64,000 nucleotides of DNA from Nitrospinaceae bacterium (lineage in GTDB: Bacteria > Nitrospinota > Nitrospinia > Nitrospinales > Nitrospinaceae), in contig OZ245011.1 of the NCBI GenBank assembly GCA_965223665.1, forward strand, positions 3,328,001-3,392,000. The letters run 5' to 3'. The position numbers were made by a program, and so were the translations under genes. Under the pieces are notes generated by a model. That model was not told where the DNA came from and searched no databases. It was given only the letters and a program-made list of their open reading frames with translations. Shown piece by piece: positions 48,512 to 59,477 of the stretch; the first letter of the stretch is position 1; every line of letters starts with the position of its first letter.

Positions 48512-49531
48512 TTATTCTTGTTGATTTGCCAGGTCAAAAATTACTTTACTTAAACCTTGAACCACCAAGGCTAACTTTTCAAAGTCTACTTCGCCAATGG
48601 TATCGTCATAAGTGTGGTAATGTGGATAACGAAAGGGTGCTGTATCTGTTACCATAATTGCCGGATACCCTTCTTGCCAGAAAGACCAATGATCAGACCA
48701 GCCAACTCCTGGAATCCACCCAGGAATTATTCCGCCTTCTGAAGGAAATTGAGTATGTTTTCTAAAAAGTTCAACGGATAAAGTTACCAAATCTCTAGAG
48801 GAATGGTCGCCCACGAACGCTATAAAGTTCCCAGTGTCGGGGTAAAAATACTTTAAAGGAAAAGGATATTCCTGGCTGCCTTTTTCATCCGAATAATAAC
48901 CCATTGTTTCTAATGAAATCATCCCAACAATTTTTTCATTTTTTTCTTTCAATTTTTTGGAATAGACACGACTTCCCATTTCATCCGTTTGGAAAAAAGG
49001 AGGTTCCTCATTCACAAAGGCAACAAACCTTACACTTCTGGATGGAGGATTAGTTTTTAATACCCGGGCTAATTCTAATAGTGCGGCGACACCGGACCCA
49101 TTATCATTTGCTCCTAAAGAACCGTCTACGCTGTCATAATGTGCGCCAATAATTAATATTTCATCCGGCTTTGTGGTGCCAAGCAGGCGAGCTTCAATAT
49201 TTCTAAAAGGTTTTTCTCGGATTAGATATTCCTGAGTGGTTACAGAATAACCTAGAGATTGAAACTCTTCTGCAATGTATTTTTCTGAATTTTCCAGGTT
49301 TTTGTAATTCCAAAAATTTCTTTCTCCTATTACTTCAGTTAATTGTTCAACATGACGGGTGAGTCTATCCATTAATTTTTTTTCGATTGTTGTGAGATTA
49401 GGAAGGGTACCTGTATAGGATTCGCCCGGCATGTTTGTTTTGAATATCAATCCACAGGATTGTAAAGTAATGGCTATCCCACCGAGTAAACTAACGGTCA
49501 GGGTTTTTTTTAAGTTTTCACTCATACTCAT
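48512..49531 (-). CDS. M28-family peptidase (lipoprotein)
   Basis: GAHYDS, GANDNGSG, NEEPP, SDH, YH. Confidence 0.9.
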   Translation of the reverse strand: MSMSENLKKTLTVSLLGGIAITLQSCGLIFKTNMPGESYTGTLPNLTTIEKKLMDRLTRHVEQLTEVIGERNFWNYKNLENSEKYIAEEFQSLGYSVTTQEYLIREKPFRNIEARLLGTTKPDEILIIGAHYDSVDGSLGANDNGSGVAALLELARVLKTNPPSRSVRFVAFVNEEPPFFQTDEMGSRVYSKKLKEKNEKIVGMISLETMGYYSDEKGSQEYPFPLKYFYPDTGNFIAFVGDHSSRDLVTLSVELFRKHTQFPSEGGIIPGWIPGVGWSDHWSFWQEGYPAIMVTDTAPFRYPHYHTYDDTIGEVDFEKLALVVQGLSKVIFDLANQQE

Positions 49532-49621
49532 TTATTTCCAGGATCGAAAATTTATTAAATTCAACAAAGATTGAAGTGAAAAGTTAAAATTAATTTAGAT
49601 TAATCATTAAAAAGTTGTAAG

Positions 49622-50023
49622 TTACCAAAGCCCAAAAGATTCATCAGGAATAGTTGTTTCCTGGAATTCACCCTTAGCATTAATGGTTACTTTAATAACT
49701 CCTTCATCATATTTTGCTTCTGCAGTGGCCAGGAACTGTTCCTGAGTACCATTTAGGATGCTGTAATCCCATTTATTTGAAAGAGGAGCAGTCGCTAATT
49801 TTTTAGCAATTTTTAGGTTGCAAATTTCTTCAGAGGCTTTGTCATTGTTCCAATGGCCTTGGCAGCTATGGAAAATTTCTGTCAATGATTCACGTGCTTC
49901 AGAATTTGACGGAGGATTAATAGGGGTTTTAAATTTTTCATAAACTGGAATCCATAAAGCTCCAATGACCAATACTAAAATAAAGATTTTAAGGGGTTTT
50001 GAAAAATACAATGGTTCGCTCAA
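49622..50023 (-). CDS. Hypothetical membrane-anchored protein (pilin-like possible)
   Basis: N-terminal TM segment, Cys pair, FLATA...TIN..G. Confidence 0.5.
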   Translation of the reverse strand: MSEPLYFSKPLKIFILVLVIGALWIPVYEKFKTPINPPSNSEARESLTEIFHSCQGHWNNDKASEEICNLKIAKKLATAPLSNKWDYSILNGTQEQFLATAEAKYDEGVIKVTINAKGEFQETTIPDESFGLW

Positions 50024-50169
50024 TTGGAGGAAAAAGAAATTGATAGCGCTGAAAGCATAGAATAATTCAACTGAATTATAAACTCCTTTCCTTATATTAA
50101 CCCATAATTTGTTTTTTTATGTTCTCTTTGCTCCCAAGAAAATGAAAAATTGCTATTATTAAAACTATA

Positions 50170-50871
50170 TTATTTTTCATTTCCTCCAAAAAGTGTTTTA
50201 TAGGTTACTCCAGCAATTACTGCCCCGGCAATAGGTGCTACCCAAAACACCCACAATTGAGAAATTGCCCAATCACCTGCATAAAGAGCCGTTCCTGTAC
50301 TTCGGGCTGGGTTTACGGAGGTATTAGTCACAGGAATGCTAATTAAGTGTATTAAAGTTAAGCCAAGCCCAATAGCAATTGGAGCAAATCCGGAAGGTGC
50401 ACGAGAATCTGTTGCTCCAAGTATTATCAATAAAAACATAAATGTCATGACAAATTCGCAAACCAAAGCTGCAGTGAGAGTGTATCCTCCGGGAGAATGG
50501 TTTCCAAAGCCATTCGATGCAAAACCGCTGCTGACATCAAATCCAGTTTTTCCAGTAGCAATAAAATATAGGACTCCGGCTCCTATTAAAGCTCCCACGA
50601 CTTGAGCGAAAATATAAGGAAGTAAACGATTTGCAGGAAATCGTCCTCCCATAAACAATCCAATAGAAACCGCTGGGTTTAAGTGACAACCTGAAATGTG
50701 ACCAATGGCATATGCCATTGTTAAAACTGTCAATCCGAATGCAAAGGAAACTCCAACTAATCCAATCCCTACTTCGGGAAAAGCGGCTGCCAGAATTGCG
50801 CTTCCACAGCCCCCCAAGACTAACCAAAATGTGCCAATGCATTCGGCAGTTACGCATTTAGCTAATGACAT
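50170..50871 (-). CDS. aqpZ: Aquaporin Z
   Basis: [10 protein letters not shown] and [13 protein letters not shown] boxes. Confidence 0.96.
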   Translation of the reverse strand: MSLAKCVTAECIGTFWLVLGGCGSAILAAAFPEVGIGLVGVSFAFGLTVLTMAYAIGHISGCHLNPAVSIGLFMGGRFPANRLLPYIFAQVVGALIGAGVLYFIATGKTGFDVSSGFASNGFGNHSPGGYTLTAALVCEFVMTFMFLLIILGATDSRAPSGFAPIAIGLGLTLIHLISIPVTNTSVNPARSTGTALYAGDWAISQLWVFWVAPIAGAVIAGVTYKTLFGGNEK

Positions 50872-51119
50872 GGTTCGGCTCCTTAAGTTAATTATGTGGT
50901 TAGGGTTAGGCTACAATTTTTAAAACCAATTAAAGAATTTCATAATTAATTTCGATTATATATTAAATGGTTAGATATGGCTACATTGAAATGGCTTTTG
51001 TGGGGTCGGACTGGCGTGGGATATTGAATTATGTTTTTTTGTATTTTTGATTAAAAGTAAAATTTTTGACGAATTGCCCTTGAAAAAGTCTGGACAGATT
51101 ATTGTGTGATTAAAAATTT

Positions 51120-52784
51120 TTATTTTAGGAGAGGATGTTTTCTGTTTAATATTTCCCTGAGTTTTGTTTGCAGTGTTATTTTGTCCCCAGAGAATCGTTT
51201 GCCATCAAAGTATAAAATCACTGGATAAAAAGGATCGGAGTTCTCATCCGCATTTAAGGCTACTTGGTCTGGATTAATAGAATGTTTTCCAATCGCTTTA
51301 GAGGTGGCAAAGTCAATATTAAAAAAAGTTCTATAGGCTAACTCTGAGCAGACGATTTTTTTTTCTGTGTTTACGTCAAAGTTGAAATCATAATCCTTTC
51401 CAATTTGCTTAAAGGCTTCCAGTAGATACTTTTGTTTATTATTTCTAGTTAAGCAGAATTTAATTGAATTATTTCCGGATGGGCAATCTTTTGGTCTTAA
51501 TATGGCGAGATCATCAATATTTAAAAAATTTCGAAGTGAGTTTATTTCCACTCCTGGTCGTAGAGCTTCAATAATACTTTGCCCTTTGCGAATGGATTCC
51601 TGAAATGAAGGCCCCTTGTAAGCGTAGTGTATTTTAGCCAGGTTATAATAATGTGGAAGTTTTTCCCAAACTCCTAATTCTTTTAGTTCTTTTTCCGTCC
51701 CTACCCAAATTGCAACATGACCATAGTGACCTGGAATAAATCTGTCAGTGAGGCGAAAAGGAGTCTTTTCCAAAAGAATATCCAAGGGCCTCATCTCTTT
51801 CTGTAAAGTTTTTAATTCTTGTTTAGGTAAATCCCAGAGTTTTCCTTTTCGGGTTTGAATGACTCCAATGCTGTTTCCAAAAACCATGCTTAGGGCATGC
51901 GTAGTATGATTGTTTGTTAAAAATATATTGTCATTGTTTTGTTTAATAAACCATTGGAACCTATTTATTAAACGTGAAATAAGGTTTTTTTCTTCCAAAT
52001 TCCTACTGAGTTCTTTAAAAGTAAAACTTTCATTTATCAAATGGTTCAATTCTGTTGGATAAGGTTTGGATCTATTATTTTTATAGCGAAATGGTTCAGT
52101 CTTTTTATAAAACTTAAACGCCTGGATTAGACGATTAGAATATTTGAATGTTCCGTTGTAATTATTCCAGATTTGTTGAATAGATTTTGAAATTTTTTTT
52201 TGTGAATCTGGAAAATCGAAAAAAAGACTTCTCCGCATTACCTGTTTTTTTAAATAAGGATCCAAACTGAGAATGTAGTTATCAATTAGAATTAGAGATC
52301 CGGCAAAGGCAATCTCAAAGTTTCTCAAAAAAGCTTCACCAAAAGGATCGTTTGGATTGATTTGAATAGGGTCGTTGTGTAAATCAGAAACTTTTTCTGG
52401 AGTTATATTAATTTGGTCATAATCAAATTTAAGAAAGTCAGGGTTAATTAAGTTTATAACAGGCTTTCTAACCTGCAATATATAATATGCAAATGAATCA
52501 TGTAATTTGCGAGTATTTAAAGAAGATAGGCGGTCGTCGTGTGTATTAAAAAACTCCGATATTTCATGATAATAAGTATTCGCCTCTTTTCTCCATTCGA
52601 TAGATTTCTCCCAATATGTTAATAAAGCCAATATTTTCTTTTCAGCTTTTAAGTACTGATAAGTCTGGTTTGAGCTTTCCTTGGGAGAATGAATTCCTGG
52701 TGGTAAGCCGGAATAGTTGTTAAATGCGCATCCTGTCAAAAAGTAAAGAAGGATGATATTCCAATATAAATATTTTTTAAACAC
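51120..52784 (-). CDS. Lipoprotein with YiiX/YebB-like permuted papain (NlpC/P60) domain
   Basis: LTGC lipobox; PLDILL, GHYGHVAIW, IEA, GKDYDFNF, VCSEL. Confidence 0.85.
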   Translation of the reverse strand: MFKKYLYWNIILLYFLTGCAFNNYSGLPPGIHSPKESSNQTYQYLKAEKKILALLTYWEKSIEWRKEANTYYHEISEFFNTHDDRLSSLNTRKLHDSFAYYILQVRKPVINLINPDFLKFDYDQINITPEKVSDLHNDPIQINPNDPFGEAFLRNFEIAFAGSLILIDNYILSLDPYLKKQVMRRSLFFDFPDSQKKISKSIQQIWNNYNGTFKYSNRLIQAFKFYKKTEPFRYKNNRSKPYPTELNHLINESFTFKELSRNLEEKNLISRLINRFQWFIKQNNDNIFLTNNHTTHALSMVFGNSIGVIQTRKGKLWDLPKQELKTLQKEMRPLDILLEKTPFRLTDRFIPGHYGHVAIWVGTEKELKELGVWEKLPHYYNLAKIHYAYKGPSFQESIRKGQSIIEALRPGVEINSLRNFLNIDDLAILRPKDCPSGNNSIKFCLTRNNKQKYLLEAFKQIGKDYDFNFDVNTEKKIVCSELAYRTFFNIDFATSKAIGKHSINPDQVALNADENSDPFYPVILYFDGKRFSGDKITLQTKLREILNRKHPLLK

Positions 52785-53117
52785 AGCACTCCTTTATCGG
52801 ATCCTCAATTAAATAGAGATGATTGTAACTGAATTTAGTATTTTCTTTTGTTGCAACCTCCCCTTTTTATGTTAGGCAGGTTATATTTATTAGTCTAAGA
52901 AATTTATCAATAAGCCAAAAATTTTTATTCCTTCTTAAAGTGTTAAAAATTAAAAATTAATTAACTTCCCCCTTTAAATCAATAAGTTTATGTGCAATAA
53001 TCCGCATCGAAATCACCAAAAATATATTCGGATATTAGAAAACTAATTTACTGAAAACTGTTTTAAAAATTTAGCTCGTGTTTCAAAAGTAATGTAGGCC
53101 AACTTTAACCTTATTAA

Positions 53118-53603
53118 ATGGAATATGGATCGATGGAAAATCTAAAAATTGCCCAAAGAAATAGAAATGATTGGCATAGAATCGCCGCCGTTTTACTTTT
53201 TCTCATAGCTTTGGTAATCCAAACGGGTTGTGCGGTCAAATTTGTTTCATCTTATGACGAGCAAACAGATAAAGCTGTTACAGCTTTACAAAGGAAAGTT
53301 GAAACATTTCTAGTACTTTCACAATTTAAAGCAGGAAGTCCAGATTGGACATATGATAAAACCAAGAATTTTTATAATGATATAGCAGTCGATCTAAGTG
53401 CAATTCGAGTAAGAGCACAAGCAATCGATAAAAATGAATTGACCATTAAACAATTAGCGCTGGTCCAGGATAATTTTAACAAGATGGAGCAATTGCAAAA
53501 ATCAGGTCAGTTCTCAGGACCAGTAATTGAAAATCTTAGAAATTCATTAAATTCTCAATTTACGGCTATTTTAAAACTTGAACTAGCAAAAAAACGTCAA
53601 TAA
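53118..53603 (+). CDS. Hypothetical lipoprotein
   Basis: QTGC lipobox-like motif; helical body ending LELAKKR. Confidence 0.7.
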   Translation: MEYGSMENLKIAQRNRNDWHRIAAVLLFLIALVIQTGCAVKFVSSYDEQTDKAVTALQRKVETFLVLSQFKAGSPDWTYDKTKNFYNDIAVDLSAIRVRAQAIDKNELTIKQLALVQDNFNKMEQLQKSGQFSGPVIENLRNSLNSQFTAILKLELAKKRQ

Positions 53604-53641
53604 AAATACTGATTCCCAAATTATAAATACAGGAGTTTGTT

Positions 53642-53971
53642 ATGGGATTAAAAATTTCTAGTTTATCTAAAAGTATGTTATCCGCTGCCAAAGGGACTTT
53701 TAAAGAAAAGTGGCCAGAGATAAAAGATTATGCTGAATTAGAATCCAAAAAGTTGGCCCAAAGTTTAATATCAATTGAGAAAATGTTTGTAAAAGGGACA
53801 ATTGATAAACAAACTGCAAAGCTATTACTGGACATAAATAAAAATACAACAAAAACAGTATTGCTTACAGTAGAAGGAATGGGATTAATTGCTGCCGAGC
53901 AGGCTATTAATGCTGCCTTAAAGGTGGTCAAGGATAGTGTGAATAGTGCAATCGGTTTTGCTCTTATTTAA
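53642..53971 (+). CDS. Hypothetical amphipathic helical protein
   Basis: AGGAG SD; 109 aa; co-oriented with the upstream lipoprotein. Confidence 0.7.
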   Translation: MGLKISSLSKSMLSAAKGTFKEKWPEIKDYAELESKKLAQSLISIEKMFVKGTIDKQTAKLLLDINKNTTKTVLLTVEGMGLIAAEQAINAALKVVKDSVNSAIGFALI

Positions 53972-54017
53972 AAGAACTTTAAAAAAAGAGCGTTTGAAAT
54001 TTAAAATTGGCTGGGTT

Positions 54018-54812
54018 TTAACGTAAAATTGTGTTGAATCTAAGGCTTTCTTTGTATTTAAACCAAACCCATAAAAGCCAAGCCCAAGTGGATAATATTC
54101 CGAACCAACCAAAGGCGGTTACCACAGAGGCAAGGGCAGTATCTTTTTCTAGTAAACCAAAATGGGAAAAGATATTTTTCCAATCATGAGCTTCTTCGCC
54201 TAAACCCCCGATCAAGGGCAGGGCCAGAGCTCGGGCATCTGCCATATAAACTGCAACGTCGAGGCAATTTTCAAAAAACCAAAATAAGCCAAAAGCAAAT
54301 CCTACAGCATCTCTCCTCGTCCAAAAGGAAGCGGTGACTATTAATGGAATTAGCAACTGGTTCATACTTCCTCCCAAAATTGTCAAAATACTAATTCCAA
54401 AAACTCCAAAGATCCAATGGCCAGCTTCATGAAACACTAAGTTCACATTATGAGTTAAATACAGTAATTTTGAATCTGAACCCATCATGTCCTTGGTAGC
54501 CAATAAATAAACCATAAACACCCACCCAATAGAAAATGATAGAACCGTCACTTTTGAAATTGGTTTCCAGGGAATTGATGCTGTTTCTTCCAGGTAAGCA
54601 AAGTATCTTTTAAATTGTGTACTTAATCCTAAGGATTCTTCTTCAGGAGAATTTATTGATTCATCATTTATTGAATTTTGGATTTCTGAGTCAAATTCAG
54701 GGGGTGGGACTGATTTTCTTTGTTGGATCTCAATATATTTGGAAATAACTATCCCGCAATAAGGACAAGATTCAGAGGATGGAAAGTTATTGCTGCATTT
54801 GGGGCATTTCAT
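54018..54812 (-). CDS. Zinc-ribbon plus membrane HExxH protein (M50-like)
   Basis: CPKC...CPYCG N-terminus; VFHEAGH; HDW; multiple TM segments. Confidence 0.75.
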   Translation of the reverse strand: MKCPKCSNNFPSSESCPYCGIVISKYIEIQQRKSVPPPEFDSEIQNSINDESINSPEEESLGLSTQFKRYFAYLEETASIPWKPISKVTVLSFSIGWVFMVYLLATKDMMGSDSKLLYLTHNVNLVFHEAGHWIFGVFGISILTILGGSMNQLLIPLIVTASFWTRRDAVGFAFGLFWFFENCLDVAVYMADARALALPLIGGLGEEAHDWKNIFSHFGLLEKDTALASVVTAFGWFGILSTWAWLLWVWFKYKESLRFNTILR

Positions 54813-55206
54813 TGCTAATTCATTTTAGTTTTTCCTTTAGATTAATGGCAATGTTTTTCAAATTCAATGAGTGGAAAATTGAATCGCTATTGCTCGTTAA
54901 TATTAAGATAGGCAATCCCTTCAAATCCTTATTATATTAAAGCCGCAAAATTCAAAGAAAAATGTATAAAAAATTAGAGGGAGTGGTTAATTTTTTAAAC
55001 GTCATTTAATTAAAAATAAAATTGTGTGTTTGAAAACTATTGAAAAATAGCTAGTTATGATTTGAATAATTTTTGGCCTCCTTTTTGCTATAAAAATATC
55101 GATGTAAGAATATCAACCTTCTGAATTGTTGCTCACCTTCAAGATAGATTATTCAATTTTTCTTATTTAGGTTTTACAAACTAATGAGTATCTATAAGGA
55201 GTAAAT

Positions 55207-55620
55207 GTGCAGATCCTTACCATTGATAAAAATAAGAAGATATGTAAATTCATTGAGGGAAACTTGTTGAATATTGGGTATTCTAACAAACCCCTGGTGC
55301 ATCATGCTTTTAATATTGATGAGGCTTTAGAATGGCTCCAAAAATTACAGTTTGATTTAATTATTATTGATCCCCTGGTCTCCAATCAATATAGTTTACC
55401 ACTTATAAGTATGGCAAAAACCTTATTTCCTTTTACGAAAATAATTACCTTTAGTTACTTTTCTCAAAACCCTTCTTTTTTCGAAAGTAAAAAAGAGTGT
55501 ATTACTTGGGGAGCTGATTACTGTTTAGACAAGACAATGCAATGGCAAGAATTTCCAATTGTATTTAAGAAAATATTGTTTCCTTGTATACGAGGAACCT
55601 TTAGTTATGAAAATAATTAA
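55207..55620 (+). CDS. Single-domain, atypical response regulator receiver
   Basis: ILTIDK, FDLIIID, GADYCLDK. Confidence 0.7.
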   Translation: MQILTIDKNKKICKFIEGNLLNIGYSNKPLVHHAFNIDEALEWLQKLQFDLIIIDPLVSNQYSLPLISMAKTLFPFTKIITFSYFSQNPSFFESKKECITWGADYCLDKTMQWQEFPIVFKKILFPCIRGTFSYENN

Positions 55621-55806
55621 AAAAAAATACAATCTGGTATTTTCGGTATTGGATTTAAATATTAAAGTTGCCTTTCCCGTCCCTATTTAATCATTTTTCC
55701 AATTTATCTTTAATTTGGTTTTCTATTGCCTTATATTTTTATATATAGGGTAAATAAATCAAATATGTAAGAAATTTTTGCTATATATTTATAGGGGCTA
55801 TTTTCT

Positions 55807-57045
55807 GTGTCAAACCAAACAATTCTCGTAGTTGATGATGATTTAAAAGCATGTTCTAACATTAAACGCTATATGACCAACCAGGATTTTGAAGTGGAAT
55901 CGGTGCCCGATGGGGAAGAAGGTTTAGCCAAAGTGGATGAGTTGGACCCTAGTTGCGTTCTTTTAGATATTCGTATTCCAAAAATTAATGGCGTGGAGTG
56001 TTTGAAGAAACTGCGAAAAACTCACCCTAAACTTCCAATATTTATGATCACTGGGATAGATCATGATGAATTAAAGGAAGGGTGCTTAAAGGCAGGGGCA
56101 AAAGGTTACTTTAAAAAACCAATTGATTTCGAAAGTCTTTTGGCAGAAATAAATAGTGCAATATCTATAGATCAGAATGGACATGGACATGCCTCCTCAA
56201 AAGAGGGCGGTGGGCTCAATGCTATAGATATTGTTGACGATGTTGTTGCTTCTCCTCCAACGATTTACCATCAACTACAACAAGCGATAGATGATCCAGA
56301 AAGCGGGTTCAATGATTTTGAAAAGATTATCAGTAATGATCCGGCTTTGTCAGCTCGCCTGTTAAAAGTTGTAAACAGCCCATTTTATGGTTTGGGATCA
56401 AAGGTTTCGACAATTACGCATGCATTGAATATTGTGGGAACGGACCAGTTAGCTGATTTAGCGTTAGCAACGGGAGTTTTGACCCAATTCAAAGGAATTC
56501 CAAAAGATGTGATCAATATGGATTCTTTTTGGAAGCATAGTATTGCGGTTGGTTTAGGAGCTCGCATTATGGCTAAACATCTTCAGGTAAAGGATGTAGA
56601 GAAGTTCTATTTAGCCGGAATGTTGCACGATTTAGGAAGTTTGATTTTGTTTAAAGAAGCTCCAGAAAAAATGAAAAAAATATTAGATTCTGCTATAGAG
56701 CGAAAAACACATTTGTTTGAAGAAGAAGATCAATTTTTAAATTTTACGCATGCGGAAGTGGGACAAAATTTATTAAAGAAATGGGACCTCCCGAAAAGTT
56801 TAATTGAAGGAGTTGCATTTCATCATAACCCATTAGAAGCCACAAAACACAAGACCCAAGCCCTGATTGTGCATATTGCCGATTCTATGGCGTATAAGCT
56901 TGAATTAGGAGCTAGTGGAGAACCTCAAGTACCACAACTGTCCGCAGAGGTCTTAGAGGAAATTGGATTAACTGAAGATGACTTAAATGGTTTTGAAGAG
57001 ACATTGACCAGTGAATTCAATGAGGTCAGTGGAATGTTTGTTTGA
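55807..57045 (+). CDS. Receiver plus HDOD domain signalling protein
   Basis: LVVDDD, LLDIRIP, KP; DPALSARLLKVVNSPFYG, FWKHS, GMLHDLG, HAEVG. Confidence 0.92.
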   Translation: MSNQTILVVDDDLKACSNIKRYMTNQDFEVESVPDGEEGLAKVDELDPSCVLLDIRIPKINGVECLKKLRKTHPKLPIFMITGIDHDELKEGCLKAGAKGYFKKPIDFESLLAEINSAISIDQNGHGHASSKEGGGLNAIDIVDDVVASPPTIYHQLQQAIDDPESGFNDFEKIISNDPALSARLLKVVNSPFYGLGSKVSTITHALNIVGTDQLADLALATGVLTQFKGIPKDVINMDSFWKHSIAVGLGARIMAKHLQVKDVEKFYLAGMLHDLGSLILFKEAPEKMKKILDSAIERKTHLFEEEDQFLNFTHAEVGQNLLKKWDLPKSLIEGVAFHHNPLEATKHKTQALIVHIADSMAYKLELGASGEPQVPQLSAEVLEEIGLTEDDLNGFEETLTSEFNEVSGMFV

Positions 57046-57145
57046 TTTTTATAAATAAACTTTCCTTTAAATATCTTTATTTCATATCAATTTCAAATAC
57101 AAATATAATCTTGCCTTAATATTTTTATAATAAAATTAGGAAATC

Positions 57146-58042
57146 CTACCCGAAGGCTGATTCTAAAGCCGGATAACTAAATCCCAATATATGAAATGTG
57201 TTAAGTAGAAAATGGAATAAAACGCTACTTTCAATACGGTTGGTTTTTTGATAAACCCAACCGTAGAAGAAACCGGCAATAAATGCGAGAAAAATATATT
57301 TAGGTCCACCGGCGAAGTGGTCTAACCCAAATAAAAAGGAAGATATTGTAAGAGAAGCTAAAGGACCCCATGAAAAATTTTTCCAATATGAAGAAAGTTC
57401 TCTTTGAATGAATCCCCGAAAAATAAGTTCCTCAGGCAAGCACGTAAAGAAAAACATTTTTAAGGCCCAGATCACAAAAAAGTCGGGGAACTTTGGATCC
57501 CATTTAATATATCCTAATAAAAAGGAAAGTATTAAAACTAAAAATGACCCAATAAGAAATATGGGGGAAATAGTGGTCACCATAGATTTTAATTCTTTTG
57601 TTTTATGAATTAAATTGGGAATGATTAGCAGAAGAAAAAGCCCCACAATGCCTTTATCAAAATTTAGATAAAAACTATAGGGTATGCTGTCAGGGGACAA
57701 TTTAGTCTCTGAAACTATTTTCCAATTGAAAAAACCCGGACTAAAATGGTGTGAAAGAATAAGTCCCCAGAGAACGATTACAAATGCTAGGAAGGTTTTT
57801 ATTAAGCTTTTATAGTTTCTGGAATAATAAAAAAAGATGAGGGCTCCGAATCCCACTATATTTAAAAGACCTAAAAGAGCTATTCTTCCAGAAACTAATC
57901 CGATTATTGTAGAAAGCAAAAAAAATACAATCCACCATTTTCGATAATTAATGAACCAGAGAAAAATGATGGATATAGTTAATAGAGAATAGGTTGCGAT
58001 TGATAAGATATAGGCAGAATTCATAAAAATTTTATTAGTCAT
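57146..58042 (-). CDS. CPBP (Abi/CAAX) intramembrane protease
   Basis: PEELIFRG, FGLDH, HFLLN. Confidence 0.9.
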   Translation of the reverse strand: MTNKIFMNSAYILSIATYSLLTISIIFLWFINYRKWWIVFFLLSTIIGLVSGRIALLGLLNIVGFGALIFFYYSRNYKSLIKTFLAFVIVLWGLILSHHFSPGFFNWKIVSETKLSPDSIPYSFYLNFDKGIVGLFLLLIIPNLIHKTKELKSMVTTISPIFLIGSFLVLILSFLLGYIKWDPKFPDFFVIWALKMFFFTCLPEELIFRGFIQRELSSYWKNFSWGPLASLTISSFLFGLDHFAGGPKYIFLAFIAGFFYGWVYQKTNRIESSVLFHFLLNTFHILGFSYPALESAFG

Positions 58043-58094
58043 TAATATTTTAAAAATAAATTATTCTAAAACCATTTAATGGATGGAAAATTAA

Positions 58095-58805
58095 ATGAAA
58101 TTGATTAAAAAAGCATTAACAATTTTAATCTTGATTAGTTTGGGGGTATCGGTAGGGTGTTCACAACCTACACAATTCAATTCCAACTTAGCCCGTGGGC
58201 TGGTTTACAAAAATGCATATACCATTAAAGGAGAAAAAAATTTTTGGAAAGGATACCCTGCAAAAACCTTTAATGGAATGACAAATGCGGTAATTGAAAT
58301 TCCAACAGGTACAAACGCCAAATGGGAAGTTAATGAGCACGATGGAACCCTTCAATGGGAACATAAAAAGGGAATTCCAAGAATGGTTCGTTATATCAGC
58401 TATGTGGGCAATTATGGAATGATTCCTCAAACTCTCCTACCCAAAGAAGAAGGTGGGGATGGGGATCCTTTGGATATTTTAATATTAGGACCTGCTTTAC
58501 CTCGTGGATTGGTTGTGCCTGTGAAAGTAATTGGAATGCTAAAATTGTTAGACCGCGGAGAGCAGGATGATAAATTAATTGGCGTACCTGCTTCAAATTC
58601 GATTTTGGATATAAATTCTCTAAAAGACCTTAAAGAAAAATATCCTGGAACCCTGGAAATCATCCAGCTTTGGTTCCAAAATTATAAGGGACCAGGAAAA
58701 ATGGAAACCAAGGGATTCGCTGGGTTGGATGAGGCACAAAAAAGACTTCTAACTGCCATTGAAGGCTATAAAAGATTACAAAATCCTACGACAGCACTGA
58801 ATTAA
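58095..58805 (+). CDS. ppa: Family I inorganic pyrophosphatase with export/lipoprotein-like signal
   Basis: IEIP.GT.AKWE, NYGMIPQT, DGDPLD, DRGEQDDK, WFQNYK; hydrophobic leader ending VSVGC. Confidence 0.85.
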   Translation: MKLIKKALTILILISLGVSVGCSQPTQFNSNLARGLVYKNAYTIKGEKNFWKGYPAKTFNGMTNAVIEIPTGTNAKWEVNEHDGTLQWEHKKGIPRMVRYISYVGNYGMIPQTLLPKEEGGDGDPLDILILGPALPRGLVVPVKVIGMLKLLDRGEQDDKLIGVPASNSILDINSLKDLKEKYPGTLEIIQLWFQNYKGPGKMETKGFAGLDEAQKRLLTAIEGYKRLQNPTTALN

Positions 58806-58826
58806 ATAATTTGATAATATGAAACC

Positions 58827-59444
58827 ATGAGTTTCTATTCCGAGAATATTTTACCTTACGGAGTCGAATGGTGCATGCGGGGAAAGCCTTTCCAAGAGAT
58901 TCGAGGTAAATACTTAAAAGATGTTCAAGGTGTTGTATTAGAGGTTGGTTTCGGTTCTGGTTTGAATCTTCCTCATTTAAAAAATGAAATAAAAGAATTT
59001 TTTGCTTTAGATCCTTCCCTCATTGGTCGGCGGTTGGCTAAGAAAAGAATTTCTAAATTCCCCTCTAAAATAAAGTTTGTAAATTGGATCCAGGATTCCA
59101 TTGATATGCCGGATAATTCTATTGACTCTCTTGTTACTACCTGGACCTTGTGTACTATTCCTTATCCAATTCAGGCTTTAAAGGAATTTAAAAGGGTGTT
59201 AAAACCAGACGGTGTTTATTATTTTATTGAGCATGGTCAATCCCCGGATAAATCCGTTGCACGTTTACAAAATTTGTGGAACCCAATTCAAAAGAAATTT
59301 GCAGGGGGTTGTCACGTAAATCGCAATATGGAAAGTTTAATTCTTGATTCCGGATTTCATCTGGAACAACTGGACAAGTTTTACATGGAAGGACCAAAAA
59401 TATTCACTTATTTATATTGTGGAAGAGCTAATCCAAAGGGTTGA
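58827..59444 (+). CDS. Class I SAM-dependent methyltransferase
   Basis: VLEVGFGSG, TLCTI, RVLKPDG, EHG, GGCH.NR. Confidence 0.9.
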   Translation: MSFYSENILPYGVEWCMRGKPFQEIRGKYLKDVQGVVLEVGFGSGLNLPHLKNEIKEFFALDPSLIGRRLAKKRISKFPSKIKFVNWIQDSIDMPDNSIDSLVTTWTLCTIPYPIQALKEFKRVLKPDGVYYFIEHGQSPDKSVARLQNLWNPIQKKFAGGCHVNRNMESLILDSGFHLEQLDKFYMEGPKIFTYLYCGRANPKG

Positions 59445-59477
59445 CCTATGGCTTATTGGATAAAAGTTTTTTAGAAT

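Noticed and set aside
51001-51022. ZTP (pfl) riboswitch-like GGGGTCGGACTGGCG
   Set aside because: No downstream pairing partner or CGCCTGGG pseudoknot element, and wrong orientation for the flanking genes
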